A stretch of DNA of 64,000 nt from Treponemataceae bacterium (GCA_963677895.2 CAXXGJ010000025.1:96001-160000); one strand, 5' to 3'. Positions 46,985 to 56,979 are shown, counted from the stretch's first letter. Translations and numbers: made by a program. Notes: generated by a model not told the origin, from the sequence alone.

Positions 46985-48247
46985 CTAGCTCTTCTCCGCG
47001 AAGCCTGTCAGCGCGTGGGCGACCAGGTTCGTCAGCGATTCCACCTTCATGCCCATCGCGTAGTAGTCATTCAGCTCGGTGAGCTGGGTGTGGCAGTTCT
47101 CGCAGGCGGTGCAGATGATATCGGCGCGGGCTGCCTTGATCTGATCGACCTTCACCTTGGCCGATTTCATGCGGAATTCCTGCTCGCCCATCGAGATGAG
47201 CCCGCCGCCTCCGCCGCAGCACCAGTTTTCCTCGCGGTTCGGCGTGAGTTCTACGAAATCGCCGGTGAGGGCGCCGATAATGCGCCTGGGCTCCTCGATG
47301 ACGCCGCCGTTCCTCGCCAGCTGGCAGGGATCGTGATAGGTGAGACGGCCCTGAAGCGTGCCCGGTTTCAGGGAAATCCTGCCCTCGGCGATATAGCGGT
47401 CGATAAGCTCCACGATCGAAGTCACTTTGAAATCGTGCTTCCCCGATTGGAACTTCATGACGCGGGTGGCCGTGCCGCATTCCACGACGACGACTTCCTT
47501 CACGTTGAGGCGGATGGCCTCGTCGACGATGCGCTGGGAAATCTTCGCCTGTTTTTTGGCGTCGCCCAGCCAGGCGGCGAAATTGACCGCCTCGAAATAG
47601 CTCAAGGTCCAGTTTTCCTTCGCGGCGTTCATGATGGCCGCGGCCGGAATGATGGAGTGCGCGCCCGAGAGCCCGACATAGAGAACATCGGCGTCCTGGA
47701 CATCGACGGGGATCGTCTTCCTGCCTTCGGGCGTCGGAGCCAGGGCTTCCACCTGGGATTCGAGATTTTTGATGGCTTCCCTATAGTTTTCGCCCGACTC
47801 GACAAAGGTCTCGCCCTTGGCGATCGACATGTCGGAGAGCATCGCGAGAAGCTGAGGCTGCCGTTCCACGCCGATGAGGAGAAGCTTGGCTATGCCCATG
47901 ACCTGCTGGGTGTCGATGCCGAAGGGGCAGAAGCCGATGCAGCGGCGGCAGCCCGTGCAGGAAAAGGCGGCTTCGTAAGCCTTGTCCATGCCGATATCGC
48001 CGAAGGAAATCGTCTCGCCGAGCCAGGGCGCGAACTTGCCTTGAAGCTTGAAATAGCGCTTGAAAAGCTTGCGGATCACCTCGGCTCTGCCGACGGGCGT
48101 ATATTTGGTCTCGGGCATCGACGCGTAGACGTGGCAGGCTTCGACGCAGAGCCCGCAGCGAGCGCAGGTGTCTAGGTAAAGACGCATGGCCTTGTTGAGC
48201 TTCGTCTCGAAAAGGCGCTTCAGATGGCCGGTCGTTATATCATCCAT
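46985..48247 (-). CDS. DsrK/TmcB/HdrD-like Fe-S oxidoreductase (two [4Fe-4S] motifs + CCG domain)
   Basis: CARCGLCVEAC and CTGCRRCIGFCP; degenerate first CCG domain (EAVNF...ECGT); YHDPC, WCCGGGGG, TACENC. Confidence 0.88.
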   Translation of the reverse strand: MDDITTGHLKRLFETKLNKAMRLYLDTCARCGLCVEACHVYASMPETKYTPVGRAEVIRKLFKRYFKLQGKFAPWLGETISFGDIGMDKAYEAAFSCTGCRRCIGFCPFGIDTQQVMGIAKLLLIGVERQPQLLAMLSDMSIAKGETFVESGENYREAIKNLESQVEALAPTPEGRKTIPVDVQDADVLYVGLSGAHSIIPAAAIMNAAKENWTLSYFEAVNFAAWLGDAKKQAKISQRIVDEAIRLNVKEVVVVECGTATRVMKFQSGKHDFKVTSIVELIDRYIAEGRISLKPGTLQGRLTYHDPCQLARNGGVIEEPRRIIGALTGDFVELTPNREENWCCGGGGGLISMGEQEFRMKSAKVKVDQIKAARADIICTACENCHTQLTELNDYYAMGMKVESLTNLVAHALTGFAEKS

Positions 48248-48250
48248 GGC

Positions 48251-48988
48251 TTACCTCCTTCTCAGCATATTCAGCGGCAGGCTGAAGAATATGTGCACGA
48301 TCTTGCTGAAAGGCAGGATCATCATGAAAAGTTCAGCCAGGAAGACATGAAGCACGATGAAATGATAATGCGAACCATGCAGTACGAGTCTGGGGTTCAT
48401 GAAAGTGAAGCTCGAGAGGATGCCGAAGTAGCCGCGGAAATTGGCCTTCGTCATGACAAAGCCTTTGGCGGTCCAGGAATTTCCCCAGCTGATCATATCG
48501 CCCAGAAGGAAGGTGAAGAGAAGGAGAAGGAGGAGCAGATAGTCGGCGGGCACCGAGATATGCCTGTTCTCGCCCTTGAATCGCCTGAAAAGAAAATAGA
48601 AGGCGGGAACCGTGACCGAAACGCCGACGAATCCCGCGCCCACCATGTGGCGTGAAGCCGCCGGCACGATGTTGATGCCGGGGAAGAGGTCCAGATGGCC
48701 CAGGATCAGGAAGGCGATGCCCAGATGGAACCACATGAGGAAAAACCAGAAGACCGGTTTGCGCTTTCTGATCATCGGCATGCCGAAGGCGTCGCCCAAA
48801 GCCGCCAGGGCCGGGCGCTTCCTCGCGGGGAAGGTTTTCAGGCTGTAGGCGGGTGCGGGAGAGGAAATGATGGAGGCGATCTTCACGGCGATGCCGACGA
48901 CCATGACGGTGATGGAGATATAGACGAGAGGCACCATGATGAAGTAGTAGAGGCCATCCAGGAAAAGGGCGAAGCCAGTAGGGGCCAC
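48251..48988 (-). CDS. NarI/DsrM-like di-heme cytochrome b membrane subunit
   Basis: Five TM helices; heme-ligand His pairs in WFHLG...LGHL and LHVF...PFSKIVH; GTG start. Confidence 0.85.
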   Translation of the reverse strand: MAPTGFALFLDGLYYFIMVPLVYISITVMVVGIAVKIASIISSPAPAYSLKTFPARKRPALAALGDAFGMPMIRKRKPVFWFFLMWFHLGIAFLILGHLDLFPGINIVPAASRHMVGAGFVGVSVTVPAFYFLFRRFKGENRHISVPADYLLLLLLLFTFLLGDMISWGNSWTAKGFVMTKANFRGYFGILSSFTFMNPRLVLHGSHYHFIVLHVFLAELFMMILPFSKIVHIFFSLPLNMLRRR

Positions 48989-48997
48989 GGCGAGGCC

Positions 48998-49237
48998 TTA
49001 CTTTTGTCGCTTCACGTAGAAGCGGATAAGGCCGGAATCTTGTTTCGTTTCGAGAACGGCATTGCCTGTCGATTTAGCCCAGGAAGGGACATCGGCGAGG
49101 GAACCCGGATCGGTGGAGAGCATCTCGACGACCTCTCCCACCTTCATCTTCGCGACTTCCATGCTGAGCTTGACGATGGGCATCGGGCAGGCGAGCCCTT
49201 TGCAGTCGAGCGTTTTCGTGACGGCGTAATCAGACAT
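48998..49237 (-). CDS. tusA: TusA/SirA family sulfurtransferase
   Basis: LDCKGLACPMP, STDPGS..DV.SWA...GN. Confidence 0.92.
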   Translation of the reverse strand: MSDYAVTKTLDCKGLACPMPIVKLSMEVAKMKVGEVVEMLSTDPGSLADVPSWAKSTGNAVLETKQDSGLIRFYVKRQK

Positions 49238-49264
49238 ATATTTCTCCTTAAGCGAAAAACTTGA

Positions 49265-49801
49265 TCAAATGAATAACTGGACGGCTGATTCCTTGGCGTC
49301 CGCGAGGAAGGAAGCCACCCCGACGACTTTCATGCCGGGATAATCGATCATCTCTTCCATCTTCATCCCCATGAGATCCATCGACATCTGGCAGATATTG
49401 ATTTCGACGCCCAAGGCTCCGGCCGCTTCGAAAAGCTGATCCAGGCTGGCGACGTTTTTTTTAGTCATGAGGCTTTTGAGCATCGCGGTGCCGGCGCCCG
49501 CCATGTTCATCTGCGAAAGCTTCAGCTTGTTGCGTCCTTTCGGGAGCATGAAACCGAACATCTTGCCCATGAAATCCTTGCCGCCTGCCTTCTTGGAAGG
49601 ATCGCGCAGGGCGGCGGTTCCCCAGAAGGTATAGAAAAGCACGACCTTCATGCCCATGGCGGCGGCGCCGGTGGCGATGATGAGGGATGCTATCTGCTTG
49701 TCGAGTTCGCCCGAAAAAACGACCATGGAGAGCTTGTTCTCCATGCCGGGGGCGGAGTTCACCTTAGCCTTGAGCTCACTGAGCTCTTTTTCGATGTCCA
49801 T
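49265..49801 (-). CDS. DsrE/DsrF/DrsH-like (DrsE_2) sulfur carrier
   Basis: VFSGELDK, IIATGAAAMG..V.LFYTFWG, LSQMNM.G.G, ICQMSMDLMG. Confidence 0.9.
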   Translation of the reverse strand: MDIEKELSELKAKVNSAPGMENKLSMVVFSGELDKQIASLIIATGAAAMGMKVVLFYTFWGTAALRDPSKKAGGKDFMGKMFGFMLPKGRNKLKLSQMNMAGAGTAMLKSLMTKKNVASLDQLFEAAGALGVEINICQMSMDLMGMKMEEMIDYPGMKVVGVASFLADAKESAVQLFI

Positions 49802-49824
49802 AGAGTGTTTTCCTTGAGAGAACG

Positions 49825-50127
49825 CTAGTTGTCGCCAGCGCGGCAGCTTTCGAGACAGTGGAGGAGTTCGACGAGATGAGGTTGGGCGAGGCGATAGACG
49901 GCGAAGCCGTTTTCCCTGCGGAATTCGACGAGATCGGCCATGCGGAGAATGCGCAACTGTTGGGAGACGAGCGACTGCGGGACGGCGAGCCGCTCCGTTA
50001 GGTCGCTTACGTGCGCTTCGCCGCCGCAGAGCTGGGCGACTATCATGAGACGTATCGGGTGAGAAAGAGCCTTGAGTATTTCGGCAATATCGGCCGCGCG
50101 CGCCGAATCGTTCTTCAGGTCGCTCAT
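49825..50127 (-). CDS. ArsR/SmtB family repressor (BigR/SqrR-like persulfide-sensor candidate)
   Basis: LKALSHP.RL.IV..LC.GE..V, QSLVSQQL.ILR; Cys in helix 2 and near the C-terminus. Confidence 0.9.
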   Translation of the reverse strand: MSDLKNDSARAADIAEILKALSHPIRLMIVAQLCGGEAHVSDLTERLAVPQSLVSQQLRILRMADLVEFRRENGFAVYRLAQPHLVELLHCLESCRAGDN

Positions 50128-50147
50128 CGGAATATCCGCTTCCTCAG

Positions 50148-50214
50148 GATATAGTGTTATCTTTATATCGCTATATCTTTATAAAACTATATTCCGTCGG
50201 CGCGCGCATGTCAA
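50148..50214 (-). promoter_or_regulatory. Promoter and putative ArsR operator of the sulfur module
   Basis: Minus strand TTGACA (50214-50209), 17 bp spacer, TATAGT (50191-50186); inverted repeat GATATAG/CTATATC (50148-50177) and direct repeat TATCTTTATA (50158, 50174) just downstream. Confidence 0.75.
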
Positions 50215-50219
50215 TAAGT

Positions 50220-51875
50220 TCAGGCGCCGGCCATCATCGCTTCCACGTCGGCGTCGGCGCCGCCTATACCCTTGATGCCGAATTTCTCGACGAGGACAGT
50301 CGCGACGGCGGGCGACAGGAAACCGGGGAGCGTCGGTCCGAGCCTGATGTTCCTGAATCCGAGGTACAGCAGGGCGAGCAGTACCAGCACGGCCTTCTGC
50401 TCATACCAGGCGATGTCGAAGGACAGGGGCAGCTTGTTCACGTCGTCCAGGCCGAAGATTTCCTTGAGCTTGAGAGCGATGAGGGCGAGCGAATAGGAGT
50501 CGTTGCACTGGCCGGCGTCGAGGACGCGGGGAATGCCGCCGATGTCGCCCAGATTCAGTTTGTTGTAGCGGTACTTCGCGCAGCCCGCGGTGAGGATGAC
50601 GGCGTCCTTGGGCAGCTTTTCCGCGACGTCGGTATAGTAGGAACGGCCGGGCTGGCGGCCGTCGCAGCCGGCCATCACGACGAAGCGTTTGATGGCGCCG
50701 GTTTTCACCGCGTTCACCACGGTGTCGGCCAGGGCGAAGACCTGGTCGTGGGCGAAGCCGCCGACAATCTCGCCGTTTTCGATTTCGGTTGGAGGCGGGC
50801 ATGTCTTGGCCAGGGCGACGATGGCGGAAAAATCCTTCATTTTACCGGGAGCGCGGTCCTCGATATGGACGCAGCCCTCGAAACCGACGACGCCGGTGGT
50901 GAAGACGCGCGCCTTGTAGCTTTCCCTGGGGGGAACGAGGCAATTCGACGTGAAGAGAACGGGGCCATGGAAGTTCTCGATGTCGCCGTTCTGGCTCCAC
51001 CAGGAGCCGCCGTAGTTTCCGTAGAGATTGTCGTACTTATCAAAGAAGGGATAGTAGTGGGCGGGCAGCATCTCGCCGTGCGTATAGACGTCGACACCCG
51101 TGCCCTTGGTCTGCTCGAGAAGGTCCTGGAGGTCGACGAGGTCGTGGCCCGAGATGAGGATGCCCGGCCTGTCGCGGACGCCGGTCTTCACGTTAGTGAC
51201 GCGGGGATTTCCGTAGGCTCCCGAATTGGCGCCGTCGAGCAGCGCCATGGCCTTTACGCCGTATTCGCCCGTCTCGAGGACGAGGGCGGTGAGCTGGTCG
51301 AGGCTCTTCGTGGCGTCGGTGAGGTCGGCGAGGGCGCGCAACATGAATTTGAACACCTCGGGCGACTTTTTGCCGATAGCCCAAGCGTGCTCGACGTAGG
51401 CGGCCATCCCTTTGAGCCCGTAAAGAACGAGGGATTGGAGGGCACGGACATTTTCGTCGGCGATTTCCTTCCAGCCGCCCTTGCCCTGGGAGGCCGCGGC
51501 GCGCAGGGCTTCGGGGCTGGCCGCCGTCCAGGTGGCCGCGTCGGGAAGGGATCCGCTCGTCTTGACGCCGGCCTTGGCGCAGGCGGCCCTGAGATTTTCG
51601 CGATATCCAAGACCTTCGAAGATCCAGCGCTCGAAATCCCGGTTCGAAAAATTGGCGTTGGTGATGGTGGCGAAAAGCATCCTGTCCACGAAGAATGCCG
51701 CGGCTTCGTCGTAGATTCCCTTTTCGGCCGCTTTCGTGGCCCAGAATCCAATACCTTTGCACACATGGATCATGAGATCCTGCAGATCCGACACTTCGGC
51801 GGTCTTGCCGCATACGCCCTTGGCCGCGGCGCAGCCCGAGTTTTTCATTGTTTCCTGACACTGATGGCAGAACAT
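50220..51875 (-). CDS. hcp: Hybrid cluster protein (hydroxylamine/NO reductase)
   Basis: [10 protein letters not shown]....[55 protein letters not shown]. Confidence 0.96.
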   Translation of the reverse strand: MFCHQCQETMKNSGCAAAKGVCGKTAEVSDLQDLMIHVCKGIGFWATKAAEKGIYDEAAAFFVDRMLFATITNANFSNRDFERWIFEGLGYRENLRAACAKAGVKTSGSLPDAATWTAASPEALRAAASQGKGGWKEIADENVRALQSLVLYGLKGMAAYVEHAWAIGKKSPEVFKFMLRALADLTDATKSLDQLTALVLETGEYGVKAMALLDGANSGAYGNPRVTNVKTGVRDRPGILISGHDLVDLQDLLEQTKGTGVDVYTHGEMLPAHYYPFFDKYDNLYGNYGGSWWSQNGDIENFHGPVLFTSNCLVPPRESYKARVFTTGVVGFEGCVHIEDRAPGKMKDFSAIVALAKTCPPPTEIENGEIVGGFAHDQVFALADTVVNAVKTGAIKRFVVMAGCDGRQPGRSYYTDVAEKLPKDAVILTAGCAKYRYNKLNLGDIGGIPRVLDAGQCNDSYSLALIALKLKEIFGLDDVNKLPLSFDIAWYEQKAVLVLLALLYLGFRNIRLGPTLPGFLSPAVATVLVEKFGIKGIGGADADVEAMMAGA

Positions 51876-51934
51876 TTCCACCTCCCGCATCTATGCGTGT
51901 AATCGGCGCCCCAGGGGCGGCCGTTGGGTTTCCC

Positions 51935-52366
51935 CTATTCCAATGCTCGATCGACGCGGGAAAAACTGCGGGCGATATCGTCTATCGTCGTGTTTTCGAG
52001 CGTCGCTCTCACTTTTTCTTCCACATCGTCGCAAAGCGACTTGAACGCGCATGTTTTCGTCGCGCATATGGCGCGCTCGAAGAGGCAGTAGTTGGAGGGC
52101 AAGGGCCCGTCGAGCGCCTCGAGCACTTCCATGCAGGGCATTTCGGAGGCGGGCTTGAGCAGGGAAAAGCCGCCGCCGATGCCGCGCACCGAGGCGATGA
52201 TGCCCTTGGCGGCGAGGCTCTGCAGAATCTTGGCCAGGTAGCTGGGAGAGACGCCGAGACGCTCGGCGGCGGCCTTCGCGGCGATCGAGCCGCCGTCGCG
52301 GGATGCCAGCGCGAGAGCGTGGAGCGCGGCGTTCGTTCTATCCGAGATCGCCAGTACTCTGTCCAT
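51935..52366 (-). CDS. Rrf2 family transcriptional regulator (Fe-S Cys retained)
   Basis: SPSYLAKILQ.L...GII.SVRG..GGF.L; CLF....C....C. Confidence 0.92.
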   Translation of the reverse strand: MDRVLAISDRTNAALHALALASRDGGSIAAKAAAERLGVSPSYLAKILQSLAAKGIIASVRGIGGGFSLLKPASEMPCMEVLEALDGPLPSNYCLFERAICATKTCAFKSLCDDVEEKVRATLENTTIDDIARSFSRVDRALE

Positions 52367-52431
52367 TCATGCTCCTTGGCATTGCGGCCGACTTGTCTCT
52401 TAGGATTTGTTCGGGTTGCCGTCGTGCCGCT

Positions 52432-52480
52432 TAAATCAGATATGCATATCCTATTTTAACGCATTTTTGGATTTTGTCAA
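52432..52480 (-). promoter_or_regulatory. Rrf2-hcp promoter with palindromic operator
   Basis: Minus strand TTGACA (52480-52475), 16 bp spacer, TAAAAT (52458-52453); perfect palindrome GATATGCATATC (52439-52450) inside a longer imperfect one. Confidence 0.7.
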
Positions 52481-52501
52481 GGGCGGACGAGCGCTTAACC
52501 T

Positions 52502-55500
52502 TCAGACCCGGGTGAGGTTTTCGATCGTCAGGCTTATGGCGCCCCTGTTGTTCTCGACGAGGCCGGCGATCCAGAGCGGGTGTTCTTCGAAGAGCAGGTG
52601 GCGGTATTTGCGGTAGGCCTCGGGAAAGAGAACCGCCTCGAAGATGGCCGTCTCGTCTTCGAAGGAGACGAACTCCATGGTTTCCTCGCTGGAGGTGAGG
52701 ACGGGCTTGGCCGTTATGGGCCAGCCGAGGAGGCGGACGCGGCGGCCCACGTTGCGCCGCAGGTCGATGGCGCGCTCGCGGGGGGCGGCAAAGGCGCGCG
52801 GCCAGAGCTCCAGGGGATGGGAATCAAGGGTGGTGCCGAGGTATTTGAGCTCGGCGACGCGCTTCTTGCGCGTGGAGCCTGGAGGGGGTTCGGGAGCGCG
52901 CGGCGCCGGGGTGTGCGGCTCGCGGGCGCGGGACGCCTGAGCGCGGGGCTCCAGGCGGCGGGGCTCAGGGACGAGGCTTTCGCCATCGGGCGCGAAAAGT
53001 TCGAGCGGCCTGCCGGCGGCTAGGGAAGCGCCTGAGGTTCCAGGGAGGCAGGAAGCCCCGGGGCCGCCCGAGGTGGCGGGGCCTCCCGCCACGCCCTCGC
53101 GCGCCGCGCAGAGGGAAAGGAGAACCATGAGGGCGTCGGAGCGTTTCGCGCCTCCAAGGAGGCTGTCGAAGGCACCCGAGCCCACCAGGGCTTCGGCGTC
53201 GGTCCGCTCGAAGCGCTGGCGGCGCGCGAAGTCCTCGACGGAAAGGTAAGGCCCTCCCCGCTTCCGTTCGCGGAGCATGTCGGCGGCGACGCCCGCGCCG
53301 AGCGAGGAGAGCATGCAGAAGCCGAAGCGGATCTTGCCTCTTCGACCCCTGCATCGCTGGTCGCTCAGGTTGATGTCGGGAGGAAGGAGGGCGAGCCCCA
53401 TCCGCCTCGATTCGCTCGCGTAGGCAAGCGTGGAGTAGAATCCCCCGTGGTTGGAGAGGACGGCCGCCATGAACTCGGCGGGATAGTGGGCGCGCAGGTA
53501 GGCGGACTGGAAGGAGAGCATGGCATAGCTGGCGGAATGGGCCTTCACGAAGGAATAGCCTGAGAACGAACAGATCATGGCCCAGACCGCCTCGGTGCTG
53601 ACCTCGTCGGCGCCCTGCGCCGCGGCGCCTTCGAAAAAAGCGCTCCTGTATTCCTGGAGCCTGGTGTCGGCGTCCTTCTTCGAAAGGATCTTGCGGATGC
53701 CGTCGGCTTCGGAAGAGGAGAAGCCGGCGAGGGCTATGGCCGCCTTCGACACGTCCTCCTGGTAGCAGAGGATGCCGTAGCTTTCGTCGAAAAGCCCTTT
53801 GAGAAGGGGATGAAAGGCCTTCCAGGACTTGCCCCGCAGGCGATCGACATATTCGTCTATATATTTGTTCGCCGCGGGACGGATGATGGACGAATGGATG
53901 ACAAGGTGCTCGAAATCCCCCCTCCCCGTCTTGATCTGCAAAAGGCGCATGGCGGGGCTCTCCACGTAGAAGACGCCCATCGTGTCCCCCCGCGCGAGAA
54001 GGGCGACCGTGTCGGCGTCGTCGATCGGCTTCCATTTTCCCGTATCGAAGGACGGATCGTTTTCGCGCAGGTCGGCAAGCGCGTCCCTGACGACGGCGAG
54101 CGAGCGGTTTCCGAGAAGGTCTATTTTCACGAGGCCAGCCTCCTCCGCCCCCTCCTTGTCCCAGGCGATCACCCTTATGCCATTGCCCGTCTCCTCGACC
54201 GGAACGTGGTCGACCAGATTGTCCGGCACGATGATGACGCCGCCCGAATGCGTGCCCAGATGCCGCGGCAGGCCGACGATGCCCGCCGCCCGCCGCGCGA
54301 TGATCTTCCATTCGGGATCGGCCGAAGAGAGGGTCCCGTCGGTATCCACCTTGAGGGAGCGCTCGAAGTCCGAAATCTCGGCGTCGGGCATGCCGAAGGC
54401 CCTGGCGGTTTCGCGCAGGCCCGAGCGCGAGCGGAAGCAATTGTGGTTGGCCACCCTGGCCGTATGCTCGGGCCCGTAGGCTTTCACCACTTCGTCCAGG
54501 AGGGCGTCGCGCTCGTCCCAGGCGAAATCCACGTCGATGTCGGGCGGGTCTTTCCGCCCCGGGTTCAGGAAACGCTCAAAGTAGAGGGAATGGCGGATGG
54601 GATCGACCTCGGTGATGCCGAGGCAGTAGGCGACGATGCTCGCGGCCGCGCTGCCGCGGCCGCATATGCGCGATGCCTTCTTTATTATGTCCCAGACCAC
54701 GAGAAAATAGTCGCAGAATCCCTTGGACTCGATGAGCGCAAGTTCGCGCTCGATTCTCGCTTTCACCTCGGCGGTCACGGGCGAGTAGCGCCACGCCGCG
54801 CCTTCGTAGACGTAACGGCGAAGAAGTTCGGAGGATGAGGCCTCGGGGCTTGCCCTATGCGTCGCTTCCGAAACGGCGGCAGGGCTTTCCATATGGGTCT
54901 TTTCCGGAACGGCGGCGGCCGCCATTCCGAAACGGGGGAAGACAAAGCCCGAAAATGGCTCTCCCAGGGCTTCGCGCGCGATGAGGGCGTTGAAGGCGAA
55001 GGCTTCCTCCATCCACGCGGCCTGGGAAGGGAGAACGGCCCAGGGGCCGGCGGCCGGGACGACATCTGGGCCGGCACCTGGAGCGGCGGCTGAAGCGGCG
55101 GCCGGGACGGCATTCCAGAGCGCCTCGGGCGGGTCCAGCAAGTCGTCGCCGATATCGTGGATCGTGAGGTTCGCGCCGATGGCAAGAAGCAACCGCTGAA
55201 CTTCGCGCTGCTCCGGCTCGAGAAAGCTCGCCTCTGGCGTCGCGACGGGCCTGTGGCCTGAGGCGGCGAGGCGGCGCCACTTGGTTCTGTTGCAGGGCGT
55301 GACGAGGGCGAAGAGGTAATAGCGGGGTGAAAAGCGCGCGAGGAGGTTCTCGTCGTCCGTGAGGATGAAGAGGTCGCAGGAGCTTGCTTCCAGGATGCCA
55401 GCCACGGCTCCCCGGAGATCGTAGGGGGGAAGGCGACCCTTTCCGCGACGCTTCGCCGGCCTATCGGCCTTTTCGGCCGCCTCCGCGGTCGCGGAGGCGG

Positions 55501-55783
55501 CAGCCCTCGCGGTCAGGAGCCGCGAAATCGCCGAAAATCCCGCCTTCGTCGCGGCGATGAGGACGGCGCGGCCTCCTTCATACACAAGCTCCGTTCCGAC
55601 GATCGGTTTCAAGCCCGCCTTTCGGCAGGCCTCCGTGAAGGTGGGGAGGCCATAGACGCCGTTCCGGTCCGTCAGCCCGAGGCGCGGCAGGCCTGCTGCC
55701 TTCGCCGCCGCCACCCACGCCGCGGGCTGGACGACGCCGCGCATCATCGAGTAGGAGGAGCGGACGACGAGGGGCACGAGCAT
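52502..55783 (-). CDS. dnaE2: Error-prone DNA polymerase III alpha (DnaE2-type)
   Basis: Degenerate PHP domain, GRGSAA.S, FERFLN, PPDIDVDF, KIDLLG, YQED, F.KAHS.SYA, C-terminal OB fold; co-transcribed with imuB-like gene. Confidence 0.9.
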   Translation of the reverse strand: MLVPLVVRSSYSMMRGVVQPAAWVAAAKAAGLPRLGLTDRNGVYGLPTFTEACRKAGLKPIVGTELVYEGGRAVLIAATKAGFSAISRLLTARAAASATAEAAEKADRPAKRRGKGRLPPYDLRGAVAGILEASSCDLFILTDDENLLARFSPRYYLFALVTPCNRTKWRRLAASGHRPVATPEASFLEPEQREVQRLLLAIGANLTIHDIGDDLLDPPEALWNAVPAAASAAAPGAGPDVVPAAGPWAVLPSQAAWMEEAFAFNALIAREALGEPFSGFVFPRFGMAAAAVPEKTHMESPAAVSEATHRASPEASSSELLRRYVYEGAAWRYSPVTAEVKARIERELALIESKGFCDYFLVVWDIIKKASRICGRGSAAASIVAYCLGITEVDPIRHSLYFERFLNPGRKDPPDIDVDFAWDERDALLDEVVKAYGPEHTARVANHNCFRSRSGLRETARAFGMPDAEISDFERSLKVDTDGTLSSADPEWKIIARRAAGIVGLPRHLGTHSGGVIIVPDNLVDHVPVEETGNGIRVIAWDKEGAEEAGLVKIDLLGNRSLAVVRDALADLRENDPSFDTGKWKPIDDADTVALLARGDTMGVFYVESPAMRLLQIKTGRGDFEHLVIHSSIIRPAANKYIDEYVDRLRGKSWKAFHPLLKGLFDESYGILCYQEDVSKAAIALAGFSSSEADGIRKILSKKDADTRLQEYRSAFFEGAAAQGADEVSTEAVWAMICSFSGYSFVKAHSASYAMLSFQSAYLRAHYPAEFMAAVLSNHGGFYSTLAYASESRRMGLALLPPDINLSDQRCRGRRGKIRFGFCMLSSLGAGVAADMLRERKRGGPYLSVEDFARRQRFERTDAEALVGSGAFDSLLGGAKRSDALMVLLSLCAAREGVAGGPATSGGPGASCLPGTSGASLAAGRPLELFAPDGESLVPEPRRLEPRAQASRAREPHTPAPRAPEPPPGSTRKKRVAELKYLGTTLDSHPLELWPRAFAAPRERAIDLRRNVGRRVRLLGWPITAKPVLTSSEETMEFVSFEDETAIFEAVLFPEAYRKYRHLLFEEHPLWIAGLVENNRGAISLTIENLTRV

Positions 55784-55785
55784 GG

Positions 55786-56979
55786 TCAGGCCCTCCCTTC
55801 CGACAGGCGGGGGACGAGGATGCCGGCCGTCATGAACGCGCAGGGAGTCAGGGCGACAAATCCATATTTTCGGTGAACCTTGTCCAGGGCCGTCTGCAGC
55901 CGCGCTGACTTCGATTCCGAGGGCTCGAAGAGGTCGAGTTCGGGCCCCGCCGCGCCGAATTCGGAAAGCTCGACGCCGAGGCGGCGCACCCGCACGCGGC
56001 GCTCCATGGCTCGCTGGGCTATGTCCCAGGCCATGGCGGCGATCTCGTCGTCCCTCGTGAGGATGCGCGGCGACCGGGCCGAAGCTGAGGCGAAGCGCCC
56101 GTCGCTGTAGTCGATCCTGAGCGTCACCTTCCGCGCGCCGAGGTTTTCCTTGCGCGCGGCGAAGCCGAGGGTCGCCGCGAGATAGGCGAGATGAAGGCGG
56201 AGCGCCTCCTGCTCGGCGGTGTCGGGCTCGAGAACCGCGGAATCCCTGAGGCAGCGCCTTTCGGGGGGCTCGGGATTGACCGGCGAATCGTCGATGCCTC
56301 TCGCCCTCGCCACGAGGTCGGGTCCGCGGGGGCCGATGGCCCTCGCCTGAAAGGCTCCAAGGTCGGCTATCCCGCCGATATCGTCGATATCGAGGAGACT
56401 GAGCCTGTCCTTGAGCACCGGGCCCACGCCGGGCAGAAGCTCCACGGGCTGAAGCCTGACAAGGCTGGATTCCTCGTGCGGAAGGAGGGCGACGAAGCCG
56501 CCCGGCCTGAATACCCTGGTGGCCACCTTCGACACCGTCTTGTTCGAGGCGAGAGCGAGGCTCGGCTGAATGCCGGTCTCCTCCATTATTCTAATCCGGA
56601 TCTTTTGGGTCGCGTCCTCAGGCACGCCGTTTATGCGAGAGGTTCCCGCCAGATCGATGAAGAGATGTCCCTGCCCGGCCTTCTCGACGAGGGGAGAAAA
56701 GGACATGCCGATCTCCCACATGGCGTCGTCAGCTTTTCGGTACAGGTCAGGGTGAGGAGGCCTCACCGCGAGGCCGGGAAGACGGTGCCGCGCCAGCGAC
56801 AGCATCATGCCCCGCCTGATGCCTTCCCTGTGCGCTTCCGGCGAAAGATCGAGGACGATGGCGCGGGCAGCTCCCTCCCTCGCGACCACGAAGGGACGTG
56901 ACCTGAGGCTGCGGTCCAGCCCCTCCTCGATGGCGGCCATGAGACCCACGGCGTTGACGTGGAGGACCGTGCCGCCCAT
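55786..56979 (-). CDS. imuB: Y-family polymerase homologue, catalytically degenerate (ImuB-like)
   Basis: LHVNAVGLMAAIE replaces HxDxDxFYASVE; GQGHLFID replaces SIDEAFLD; LPGVG; clamp-like ELDLF; LDKV..KYG tail. Confidence 0.85.
   Translation of the reverse strand: MGGTVLHVNAVGLMAAIEEGLDRSLRSRPFVVAREGAARAIVLDLSPEAHREGIRRGMMLSLARHRLPGLAVRPPHPDLYRKADDAMWEIGMSFSPLVEKAGQGHLFIDLAGTSRINGVPEDATQKIRIRIMEETGIQPSLALASNKTVSKVATRVFRPGGFVALLPHEESSLVRLQPVELLPGVGPVLKDRLSLLDIDDIGGIADLGAFQARAIGPRGPDLVARARGIDDSPVNPEPPERRCLRDSAVLEPDTAEQEALRLHLAYLAATLGFAARKENLGARKVTLRIDYSDGRFASASARSPRILTRDDEIAAMAWDIAQRAMERRVRVRRLGVELSEFGAAGPELDLFEPSESKSARLQTALDKVHRKYGFVALTPCAFMTAGILVPRLSEGRA

Noticed and set aside
47015..48175. 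386-aa plus-strand ORF and similar long alternative-frame ORFs (11445, 22903, 27262, 52965)
   Set aside because: They overlap well-supported genes, have compositions typical of GC-biased off-frames (often Arg/Pro/His-rich), and show no family motifs.
50154..51902. 582-aa plus-strand ORF
   Set aside because: Antisense shadow of hcp.
55786..56979. Active DNA polymerase IV (dinB)
   Set aside because: The catalytic Asp and SIDE motifs are replaced.
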